A stretch of 64,000 nt of DNA from a virus. A program made the translations under genes and the position numbers. Below are positions 40,897-49,617 of this stretch, in pieces. Location of the stretch: the IMG/VR virus record IMGVR_UViG_3300028840_001508, positions 32,962 through 96,961 of that record, one strand, 5' to 3'. How positions within the stretch are numbered: position 1 is the stretch's first letter; every line of letters begins with the position of its first letter. Under the pieces are notes generated by a model. It was not told where the DNA came from. It made no database searches and was given only the letters and a program-made list of their open reading frames with translations.

Positions 40897-42006
40897 GTGC
40901 CATTATCACAACATTCATTAGCCATAACAGATACCGATGCTGCATATTCATGGGGATTAAATGATGTTGGGCAATTGGGCGATAATACCAAGGACAATCG
41001 AAGCAGTCCGGTTGCAGTTGTTGGCGGCTTCCAATTTAGCAGATTAGCGATGGGTTTCGACCATACCCTTGGGGTAAGTATTAATGGCGATGGCTATGCG
41101 TGGGGGGATAATGGTTTCGGGAAATTGGGAGATGGCACTACTACGCAACGTAGTAGCCCTGTTGCAGTTGTTGGCGGCTTCCAATATATTCAAATAATGG
41201 GAGGATTAGATCACTCATTAGGTATTACAACAAATAATTATGGCTACGCATGGGGTCTTAATAGCTATGGACAATTAGGCGATAACACCAAGGACAATCG
41301 AACCAGTCCGGTTTCTATAGTAGGAGATTTCAACTTTGCACAAATAGCCGCAGGGTATGTCCATTCAGTAGGTGTAACATCGGATAATGTAGCTTATGCT
41401 TGGGGCCGGAATTATTATGGACAGTTAGGTACTAATAATACTACAGATTACAGCAGCCCGGTTGCAGTAGTTGGCGGATTCCAATTTGCCCAAATAGTAG
41501 GTGGACACAGCCATACCTTAGCATTAACGCCTGATGGTGCTCCTTACGCTTGGGGAAACAACGGTTCAGGTCGATTAGGTGACAATACTACTACGAACCG
41601 AAGCTCTCCTAGTCTAGTTTTAGGTGATCATGAATTTGTTCAAGTAGCTGCCGGATATAGTCACAGCATGGGGCTAACATCAGACAATAAGGTATATGCC
41701 TGGGGGGATAATACATACGGTCAATTGGGAGATAATAGCCTGACTTCCAGAAGCACACCCGTAGAAATAGCGGGTGGTATTAGTTTTAGTCAAATAGCCG
41801 CTGGGTATATCCACTCACTTGGATTGTCTGTTGATGGTGATATATATGCCTGGGGTAGAAATACATACGGCCAACTAGGTGATAATACTGTTACGCATCG
41901 GAGCAGTCCTGTATTGGTAGTGGGTGATCTTAATTTTGAAATCCTCGTTGATTGGGTAGGTACTCTGTCTTTATCAGCCTGGATTCCCCGTATTTTCATA
42001 ATGTGA
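40897..42006 (+). CDS. RCC1-repeat beta-propeller protein
   Basis: Seven AY.WG.N..GQLGD.T...RSSPV repeats. Confidence 0.9.
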   Translation: MPLSQHSLAITDTDAAYSWGLNDVGQLGDNTKDNRSSPVAVVGGFQFSRLAMGFDHTLGVSINGDGYAWGDNGFGKLGDGTTTQRSSPVAVVGGFQYIQIMGGLDHSLGITTNNYGYAWGLNSYGQLGDNTKDNRTSPVSIVGDFNFAQIAAGYVHSVGVTSDNVAYAWGRNYYGQLGTNNTTDYSSPVAVVGGFQFAQIVGGHSHTLALTPDGAPYAWGNNGSGRLGDNTTTNRSSPSLVLGDHEFVQVAAGYSHSMGLTSDNKVYAWGDNTYGQLGDNSLTSRSTPVEIAGGISFSQIAAGYIHSLGLSVDGDIYAWGRNTYGQLGDNTVTHRSSPVLVVGDLNFEILVDWVGTLSLSAWIPRIFIM

Positions 42007-42016
42007 GGTAATAAAG

Positions 42017-42253
42017 ATGTTTCAAATGTTACTCAGACCGATAAAAGATAAAGATATAGCAGTTGCAACCAAGCGCGCGTTGGAATGGCAACTCAAGTTC
42101 ATGCAGGATCAGCTTGTGAGGGCGCAGGGTATGACGTGCGATAACGTAACGCTCAACGATGGAGCGACAATGGTAAGAGTAGACTGGATAGCTATAGCAG
42201 AAGCCGAGATAGCGGCACATCAGGCAGCTATAGAAGAATTGGATAAAATCTAG
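42017..42253 (+). CDS. Hypothetical protein
   Basis: RBS GAGGT. Confidence 0.5.
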   Translation: MFQMLLRPIKDKDIAVATKRALEWQLKFMQDQLVRAQGMTCDNVTLNDGATMVRVDWIAIAEAEIAAHQAAIEELDKI

Positions 42254-42275
42254 CGGCTAGGAAAGTGGCGATTGA

Positions 42276-42515
42276 ATGGCTGAGGATTTGAATGGCAAAT
42301 ACGTGAGACAGGATGTGTTTGACCAGATAATGAAGCGAATGGACGATAAATTTGACAGCATAAATGGGAAGCTGGATGATATTCAGGTTGCCTTAAAAAA
42401 GAATGGCAACGGCAAACTCAATATGAAATTTTACGTGATATTGGCTGTGATCATGGTAGGAAGTACAAGTGCTGGCGCAGGCATTATCCCGAAGCTGCTA
42501 GAACTTCTGAAATAG
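42276..42515 (+). CDS. Coiled-coil plus single transmembrane protein (holin/XhlA-like candidate)
   Basis: Coiled coil followed by FYVILAVIMVG; lysis-module position. Confidence 0.5.
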   Translation: MAEDLNGKYVRQDVFDQIMKRMDDKFDSINGKLDDIQVALKKNGNGKLNMKFYVILAVIMVGSTSAGAGIIPKLLELLK

Positions 42516-42526
42516 CGAAAGGAAAC

Positions 42527-43582
42527 GTGATGAGCAAATGGTCAGATGAAGTAATAGCACAATGCATCGAAGGTAGAGACAGCGGCATGTCCGACCAGAA
42601 GATAGCGGATATGCTGAATAATCTACAAAATGAATATCACTATACAAATAGTAGCATCTGGGGGCAATTGAAGCACAGGAAGCCGCAGAAACAGGTAATG
42701 CAGCAGGAGACGACACGACTCACCAAGGAAGAGATAGACCGCTACCTTCACCTGGTCGCAGAGCAACAGCCCATCCTCCAGAAAGCTATCGGCATCAATC
42801 GCCGCCCTACCATACCCATAGACGAGTCTGGCTGGTTCGGGATCGTATTCTGGTCAGACCAGCACATCGGTAATATCTGGACCCAGACTCTCACCATCCT
42901 CAAAGAGGCAGAGATAATAGAGACAACGCCCGGTCTATACTGCGCTCATGGCGGTGACATGACAGACGGCGCTATTCCTGCATCACCACACAGCGGCATC
43001 AAGTCTGAGCAAATAGTCCCGCCTTTTATGCAGCGGGAATGCGCTATAAGGGTAGCGAAACAGATAGCTAACAAGCTCATTCTAGTTATTCAGGGCTGTC
43101 ATGAGCGATGGACAAACGACGCTGCAGACTATGACTTCATGGCGCAGGCGGCGAAGGAGACTGACACAGTTTATGCAGGCGGCGGCACGAAGTTCTACCT
43201 GGAATGCACAGGCGGGGCTAAGTATTGCGGTGTGTACCATCACAAGGCGACCGGGTATAGCCAGTTCAATGGGTGTCATCCATGCGTAAGGCGCGCGCTT
43301 TTCCATGAGCAGGAAGCTGACATAATAGCTGTAGCACATGAGCATATAACAGCACAAAGCATCGAGGTAATAGGTGAGCGGTTGCGCTATATGATGCGAA
43401 CTGGCGCAAGAAAGAACTTTGACAAGTTTGCCAGCACGTTAGGAAACGATGCCAAGAGGGATAATCTGGAAGTGCCTGTGGTGTTGGTTCACGGCTCTGA
43501 CCAGACGAAGCAGGGACAGATTATACTGGGGATAGAGATGGCAGCACAGGTGTTGGGTGCGTTGAGAGAAAAAGCAGGATGA
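42527..43582 (+). CDS. Calcineurin-like metallophosphoesterase with N-terminal HTH
   Basis: SDQHIG, GGDMTD, GCHE (GNHE variant), H, AHEH. Confidence 0.8.
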   Translation: MMSKWSDEVIAQCIEGRDSGMSDQKIADMLNNLQNEYHYTNSSIWGQLKHRKPQKQVMQQETTRLTKEEIDRYLHLVAEQQPILQKAIGINRRPTIPIDESGWFGIVFWSDQHIGNIWTQTLTILKEAEIIETTPGLYCAHGGDMTDGAIPASPHSGIKSEQIVPPFMQRECAIRVAKQIANKLILVIQGCHERWTNDAADYDFMAQAAKETDTVYAGGGTKFYLECTGGAKYCGVYHHKATGYSQFNGCHPCVRRALFHEQEADIIAVAHEHITAQSIEVIGERLRYMMRTGARKNFDKFASTLGNDAKRDNLEVPVVLVHGSDQTKQGQIILGIEMAAQVLGALREKAG

Positions 43583-43592
43583 ACTACTATGT

Positions 43593-44351
43593 TTGAAGGA
43601 GACTGATATGATATGGAAACCAAACCCAAAACAAGCAGGCAGCCGACTTTGTGACTGCGTACCACTCCCCGGCCCCTGCCCTAACAACTGCCCTGATTGC
43701 TACTACAACCGTCCTGGCGCATTCTACATGCCGCTAGACCAGCCAGTATTCCCGCCTATAGAATACGCTAAAGGTAAAGTCGTCAGGGTCAACAGTGGTG
43801 GCGATAGCAACCACCACCGCAACTACGTCATAAAGTCAACAGAATGCTATGACCATCGCTTCTTCAACACATCCCGCCCGGATCTCTACCTGGACTTCCC
43901 CGAACCAGTTGTCGTCACGGTGAATCCACGCAACTTCACCGACTGGTTCTATGCCATATCCGCAGTGGATAATCTCATGTTTGTGCGAGTGAAGATAACA
44001 AGTTGGAATGAGGATTTGCTGCTTGACACAGTGAATCACTATAGCATGTTAGGTGTGCCTGTTGTGCTTACTGATATGCGCTTTTACACTGAGTCACTGG
44101 TGCTGGAGCCTGATGCCTACGAGTACCGCTACCACGTCAAAAACCCCTATTGGTGTCTGAAGCATGACATCTGGCGGGCTATCTGGAAGGAATACGAGAG
44201 CAGCCCCTACGTCCTTAGTTGCGGATCACCAGTAAGCCCGTATTGTCGGGACTGTGAGAATTGTTGGGAACTGTACTGGTACAAGAAGGATGGGGATGAT
44301 AGAAGGCTGGAGAAGCTGAAGAGACGACAGATACAGAATTTTGAGGGTTAG
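43593..44351 (+). CDS. Radical-SAM-like protein
   Basis: CPNNCPDCY (CxxxCxxC); second Cys cluster C...C..C..C at the C-terminus. Confidence 0.6.
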   Translation: MKETDMIWKPNPKQAGSRLCDCVPLPGPCPNNCPDCYYNRPGAFYMPLDQPVFPPIEYAKGKVVRVNSGGDSNHHRNYVIKSTECYDHRFFNTSRPDLYLDFPEPVVVTVNPRNFTDWFYAISAVDNLMFVRVKITSWNEDLLLDTVNHYSMLGVPVVLTDMRFYTESLVLEPDAYEYRYHVKNPYWCLKHDIWRAIWKEYESSPYVLSCGSPVSPYCRDCENCWELYWYKKDGDDRRLEKLKRRQIQNFEG

Positions 44352-44353
44352 AT

Positions 44354-44716
44354 ATGTTCAAACAAATAGGCATCATTAAAATAATGGGTCATGACGTTGC
44401 GGTATATATCACAGATGAAGAAGACAGGCTGACGACACTGGATGGCTTTGTTGCTCTGGGACTCTGCAATGTAGGGCGTTCTCATATAATTCTGGATATA
44501 GACCTGTCAATATCGCAGCTTCAATCATTGCTATTCCATGAGTTGTGCGAATTCGTGAAGATTAACTGCGGCGCTAACTATGCCGATGAGCATGATTACT
44601 TTGCTGCATATAACAACGTACTTTGGGGGGAAGTAAAGAATAACCAGGACTGGCTATTTGGGTCGGCTTTGAAGAAAGCAATAACGGCTGTAAAGGCAAA
44701 GGGAAAAGCCAAATGA
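44354..44716 (+). CDS. Small zincin-like phage protein
   Basis: LG.C......I.......Q..SLLFHELCE (HExxE variant). Confidence 0.45.
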   Translation: MFKQIGIIKIMGHDVAVYITDEEDRLTTLDGFVALGLCNVGRSHIILDIDLSISQLQSLLFHELCEFVKINCGANYADEHDYFAAYNNVLWGEVKNNQDWLFGSALKKAITAVKAKGKAK

Positions 44717-44956
44717 AATACATCATAGCATACATAATGGACAAGGACTGGCGCGTTGACTTCGCATATCAGGATTTCCAGCGTGATGCATTGTGCCAGC
44801 GGCTTCGGGAGCTTGGTCTGCCGTACTATGTAGGAGAACTGGAACGACATTGCAGGCAGGCGAAGAGCAGGCCGCCGCGTGAGGGTGAGATACCGTTGAA
44901 GATGGATACCATGCGGGCAGAGAAGTCGTGTACCGTGAAGATGCGGAGGTATATGA

Positions 44957-46681
44957 GTGGATTGGCTTGACGAGCATATAGATACCGTTATCAACGCAGA
45001 TTGCCTTGATATGATGCGGGATATGCCTGATGAATCGGTTGACCTTTTATTGACAGACCCACCTTATGGCATCGCCTTCATGGGCAAGGACTGGGATAAG
45101 GCTGTTCCTTCTGTTGACATCTGGCGTGAATGCCTGCGCGTCCTGAAGCCCGGTGCATTTGCCTTCATCATGTGTATATCCCGTCAAGACTGCCAGGCAA
45201 GGATGATAGTCAACCTGCAAGAGGCCGGGTTTGAGGTGTCGTTCTCGCCGTTGTACCATACGTTTGCTCAGGGCTTTCCGAAAGCGGCTAATATGAGTAA
45301 AATGGTGGATCGTAGATTGGGAATGGAGAGGGAGGTTATAGGATTTAAGCAAACAGTATATCCGGATAATCCTGATTCCGGATCACCATTTTATAAATAT
45401 AGCCAAGCAGCTCAATTTGGTAATTCACAAGGTAAAGAGGCATACTTGACCACCCCCGCCTCCCCCGAAGCCAAAACCCTCGATGGCAGTTATGCCAATT
45501 TCGAGCCTAAGCCTGCAGTTGAGGTTATCCTGGTCTGCCGCAAGCCCTTCATCACCAAGCACAAGCGCAGCGATGTATACCGCATCCTCGGCGGCAGGTA
45601 CGACTATTGGTATACGCAGCGCACTGAGGTCAGAGAACCATATGAGAACAGCAAGGGCAACATCGGCAAGCTGACCCGCAAGTGGGCGAAGGAACTGGCA
45701 GTAGCAGGCTATACGCTGAAGGATGGTGACGTGATAGAGCGCAGGTTGGCGTTGCATCCTGAGTTGCGGGATGAAGTGACTGTCAACAGGGACGTGGTGC
45801 TGTGGTCAAGGGCATTTAAGGATAGTGACGTGACAAGCTCGATTACTCATGCGCTGGATAGTGGGAAGGGGATCTCGTGGTTGGAGGATGTGAGGATACC
45901 AATAAGCAATGCCGATCAACAAATGTATCAAAGAAAATATACAGATAAAGCTGGCAAGCCCTACAAGATAAAAGCCAGTGATATATATGGTCAATGTCAG
46001 GAAGGTGTATTTCAACCGGGATATAACGGCCGCTTCCCCTCCCACCTCCTCATATCAGACGACGTGCTGAATGATGGGGTGGAGAGGACATGCGGCAAAT
46101 CTAATAAACGTACCCAAGGTAGCGCATGGGAAGAAACAGGGATGGGCGGGACTAAGACTGACAGAACATACATAGGCGACTCCGGCTCCTTCTCCCGATA
46201 CTTCAGCCTGGACAAATGGGCAGAAGAACATCTCCCAGAATCAGTGCTGAAGACGTTCCCTTTTCTGCTTGTGCCGAAGGCGAGCAAGAAAGAGAAGAAT
46301 GCGGGTCTGGATACGTTGCCCGATAGGGAAATGTATTATAAAGACGGTCGGGGAAATTCACTGGAAATTCACCAGAATCCAGAACATCGAGCCAAAACGG
46401 GACGGCACATTTCGTTTCCCCGCAAGAATACCCATCCCACCGTAAAACCAGTCAAGCTCATGTCCTACCTCATCACAATGGGCAGCAGACCCGGCGACGT
46501 GGTGCTAGACCCGTTCCTTGGCTCTGGCACAACAGCAGTATCAGCAGTGCTACTGGGGCGACACTTCATAGGATGTGACATTGACCCGGAGTCAGTAACA
46601 ACAGCAGAACTACATGTAAAATACGCAAAAGAGACAGCAAAAGATACGCAACCAGATATGTTCGCAGAAGCAGCAAACTAG
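44957..46681 (+). CDS. DNA N4/N6 methyltransferase (beta class) with large insertions
   Basis: TDPPY near the N-terminus; HPTVKP..LM.YL; VLDPFLGSGTT near the C-terminus. Confidence 0.92.
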   Translation: MDWLDEHIDTVINADCLDMMRDMPDESVDLLLTDPPYGIAFMGKDWDKAVPSVDIWRECLRVLKPGAFAFIMCISRQDCQARMIVNLQEAGFEVSFSPLYHTFAQGFPKAANMSKMVDRRLGMEREVIGFKQTVYPDNPDSGSPFYKYSQAAQFGNSQGKEAYLTTPASPEAKTLDGSYANFEPKPAVEVILVCRKPFITKHKRSDVYRILGGRYDYWYTQRTEVREPYENSKGNIGKLTRKWAKELAVAGYTLKDGDVIERRLALHPELRDEVTVNRDVVLWSRAFKDSDVTSSITHALDSGKGISWLEDVRIPISNADQQMYQRKYTDKAGKPYKIKASDIYGQCQEGVFQPGYNGRFPSHLLISDDVLNDGVERTCGKSNKRTQGSAWEETGMGGTKTDRTYIGDSGSFSRYFSLDKWAEEHLPESVLKTFPFLLVPKASKKEKNAGLDTLPDREMYYKDGRGNSLEIHQNPEHRAKTGRHISFPRKNTHPTVKPVKLMSYLITMGSRPGDVVLDPFLGSGTTAVSAVLLGRHFIGCDIDPESVTTAELHVKYAKETAKDTQPDMFAEAAN

Positions 46682-46689
46682 GAGATACC

Positions 46690-47628
46690 ATGAAACTCAT
46701 TACGATAATAGTAATACTTTTTTCAATATCATCTATCAGTCTAGCATCCCTCGACAAAGTAGAGAAAGCCATCAAGCAAAAGGGTGCTAAGTGGCGTGCA
46801 GGTGAAACATCCATCTCCCGCCTTTCTGAACATGAACAGCGGCAACTTTGCAGCGTCATCATAGACCACGTAGACACAGCCAACGCCGCACCAGGCAAGA
46901 AGCCCAAACTGCCGCAACGGTGGGACTGGCGGGACGTGGAGGGTCAGAGCTGGGTAACGCCAGTAAAGAGCCAGGGAGGGTGTGGGTCCTGCTGGGCGTT
47001 TGGATGCGTCGCACAACTGGAGTCAGTGAAGATGATCAGCGAAGGTATACCTGATCCCGACCTCGACTTATCCGAGCAGTACCAGGTGTCCTGCGATCCC
47101 AACAACTTCGGATGCAGCGGCGGCTATATGTATCCAGCCTATAACTTCATAAGAGATGTCGGTGTGCCACCTGAAGATTGCTTTCCGTATGCGGGAAGGG
47201 ATCTGCCATGTGAAGAAGCCTGTCTTGATCCTGAGTTGGTATCGGTAGATAGCTGGAGTAGGATTTCATACAGCGTCACATGGCTGAAGGAAAGGACATA
47301 CGAACATCCTGTCACCTGCGCCTTCTATGTCTACCAGGACTTTTTCTACTACACTGGCGGCATATATAAGTACGTATGGGGTGATCTGCGTGGTGGTCAT
47401 GCCGTGTGCATAGTAGGATGGGATAATCGGGGATTCATAGTCAAGAATAGTTGGGGTGATGGATGGGGCGAGGATGGATATTTTCGTATAGCCTTCTCTG
47501 AATCCAGCAGCAAAAGCGAGGTGTGTTTTGGGATGCAAGCGGGGCGGTTCTTCATAGATAGTTCCCAAGCACCGGGCAGGAATGGCACTGTCATCTCCGT
47601 ATGGGCGGGGATGAAAGCGCAGTTATGA
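46690..47628 (+). CDS. Secreted papain-family (C1A) cysteine protease
   Basis: Signal peptide; WDWR; QGGCGSCWAF; LSEQ; GC.GG; GHAV.IVGW; KNSWG..WGEDGY. Confidence 0.92.
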   Translation: MKLITIIVILFSISSISLASLDKVEKAIKQKGAKWRAGETSISRLSEHEQRQLCSVIIDHVDTANAAPGKKPKLPQRWDWRDVEGQSWVTPVKSQGGCGSCWAFGCVAQLESVKMISEGIPDPDLDLSEQYQVSCDPNNFGCSGGYMYPAYNFIRDVGVPPEDCFPYAGRDLPCEEACLDPELVSVDSWSRISYSVTWLKERTYEHPVTCAFYVYQDFFYYTGGIYKYVWGDLRGGHAVCIVGWDNRGFIVKNSWGDGWGEDGYFRIAFSESSSKSEVCFGMQAGRFFIDSSQAPGRNGTVISVWAGMKAQL

Positions 47629-47637
47629 TATATCCAA

Positions 47638-48448
47638 ATGGAGGCAGAAATGGCTAAACTTACTGTAGAAATTCCAGAAGCATATCTAATGCAGATCGCT
47701 GTATATGGGAAGATGGGAACCGGCGAACTTGCTGATATAATCCAAACATGGGCACAAAATGAACTCCGTAAAGCTGGATTGGGTGAGAAATTCAAAGAGA
47801 AGCAAATCAAGCACCTGAACCAACTTCATCAATCTCTGCGCAATGTTCTTGGTGATGAGATAGTATTACAAATGGACAGTAAGATCGCGAAGGCGGCAGT
47901 TCTTATAAAGCAGGCAAAACTGTGAAAGGATGGAGTGGGTAGGATATGAATTATACCGTCAAATGTATAAGAATTTACTGGTGGAACTTGCTTCAATGGC
48001 TAAATAGACACCTGTTAATTACATATCCGCTCATTGAGGATTGTGCTAGATGTAGAGACTGCGGAAGAAACGTCCACGATTTCCATGTGCCTGATAATTT
48101 ATGGTTATTAGTTATACCTAATTCTGATGGTGTTTGGTGCTATGATTGCTTTTGCGATAGAGCAGATAGGATGATGGGGCAGAAATGGAGATTGGAGTTA
48201 ACTGAAGTTTGGTATTGCCAGAAAATCTCTGGTGACTATGAGGTAATATGAAACTCTCAATGTCACACTGGACTTTCTTCATATATCAGGATAGCGATGT
48301 AATACGAGGATACCCCAACCACAACACGCACCGCATCTCAGACGTTCAGTTTGACGAGATGTGGCAGGTGTGGCATGATAGCTATAGCGGGTATAAGCTG
48401 CGGATGGTGAGGGTAGATGGGCATTGGGAGGTTGAGTTTGCTCCATAG
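47638..48448 (+). other. Three short hypothetical ORFs ending the + arm (47638-47925, 47946-48251, 48248-48448)
   Basis: ORF track; converge with the - arm at ~48450. Confidence 0.5.
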
Positions 48449-48489
48449 GCTTGCTTTATCATTCACCTCCTGCTATCTCTTTTCCTTGA

Positions 48490-48562
48490 AGCTGGCGGCA
48501 GGAATCGAACCTGCTACCCGCTGATCACAAATCAGCCGCTCTACCAGTTGAGCTACGCCAGC
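48490..48562 (-). tRNA. tRNA-Thr(TGT) with G37; CCA not encoded (followed by TCA)
   Basis: GCTGGCG/CGCCAGC acceptor; GCTC-AACTGGTA-GAGC D arm; GCTGA-TTTGTGA-TCAGC; GCAGG-TTCGATT-CCTGC. Confidence 0.9.
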
Positions 48563-48814
48563 GAAATATATGGACGTTCCAGAAAGACACCATGTCGTAT
48601 AAAGAAGCCCAACCTTGCTATCTGTAAAAAAGAGACAGGGAATGTTGATGTCATAGTCACGCCTTCAAGTGCTTGCCCTGATAGACTGGAAGCAAGTAAT
48701 TTGCCTACAGCTTCAACCGTTCCTGTCTGACCAGCAAGGTCTATACTATACGAAAAACCGTTTACGTTGTCTAAGACCAGACACAGATTGGACTTTACCA
48801 TTCATTTACCCCCC

Positions 48815-49231
48815 CTAAAAATCAAACCACACTACCAGACGCACATTACTCCCCCCGTAAACGTCTGCCAGTGCTGACATTGAATCAAACAAGAACTTCC
48901 ATGACCAGTCTATACCAAGACCGTCGCTATCAAGCCAGTTATTGCGTTCTATTTCTTGCACAAAATTACTCAGTTCACTTTGTAGTATCCAGGTCAGATA
49001 GCATGTGGTTTTATTATCTAATACGGCTAATCTGTATTTGTTTATCGTCTCTAGTGCAGCTTCGTCTGGCATCCCTCTATTAAACGCCAGGGCATGTTCC
49101 TTACCCCTGCCCTTGACGCCGAATATGTCGCCGAACAGGGAATATTCCCTCGCTAGAAAGAATAAATCCATCAGCTTAATGAATCCTTTGCCATGACTGA
49201 CTTCCAGAGAGCCGCTTATATCCCAGCCCAT
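48815..49231 (-). CDS. Conserved hypothetical phage protein
   Basis: MG.DI...R.Y.LF....GV...RG.P.....VRLV.WFD; RBS AGGAGGT. Confidence 0.6.
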   Translation of the reverse strand: MGWDISGSLEVSHGKGFIKLMDLFFLAREYSLFGDIFGVKGRGKEHALAFNRGMPDEAALETINKYRLAVLDNKTTCYLTWILQSELSNFVQEIERNNWLDSDGLGIDWSWKFLFDSMSALADVYGGSNVRLVVWFDF

Positions 49232-49236
49232 ATCAT

Positions 49237-49617
49237 TTACCTCCTGTCTTCTTGCTTCCATTGCGTCCATGCCCAGCATTCACTACCCGAACATCGAGGG
49301 AGCATGTTATTTTCCCCAACCGCTATTTGCTTACAGTATCCCTCTGTGTACAGTTTTTGGTTGTTCTTGATAGCATCCTTCACATAGTTGCTAGTTACTT
49401 CTATTGCACCTAATTCCACCGCCCGCTTTCGCTTCCTTGGCGACAGGTCATAGTGTGGGAGACGTGGATCATCCTGGAACCAACTGCGCTTCAGTCCTAG
49501 TTTTGCGGCAAATAGATGTAAGGTTTCTTCTGGGCTATCCATCGAGAATAGATGGCAACTTCTCTTGTAGCGCCAACGTGACGGCTTTAGATCATCGACA
49601 CAGATCATATCATTCAC
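49237..49617 (-). CDS. DUF4031-family protein
   Basis: VDD.....W.....CHL......LH.FA..LGLKRSWFQ......HYDL....R..AV.LGA. Confidence 0.8.
   Translation of the reverse strand: MNDMICVDDLKPSRWRYKRSCHLFSMDSPEETLHLFAAKLGLKRSWFQDDPRLPHYDLSPRKRKRAVELGAIEVTSNYVKDAIKNNQKLYTEGYCKQIAVGENNMLPRCSGSECWAWTQWKQEDRR

Noticed and set aside
40897-42006. Diversity-generating retroelement target (RCC1 repeats; also fibre duplications at 10-13.5 kb)
   Set aside because: No reverse transcriptase in the window; differences between repeats are not confined to adenines
44957-46681. Intein in the methyltransferase or the protease-AAA fusion
   Set aside because: No C/S...HN-C/S/T splice motifs or LAGLIDADG blocks recognised
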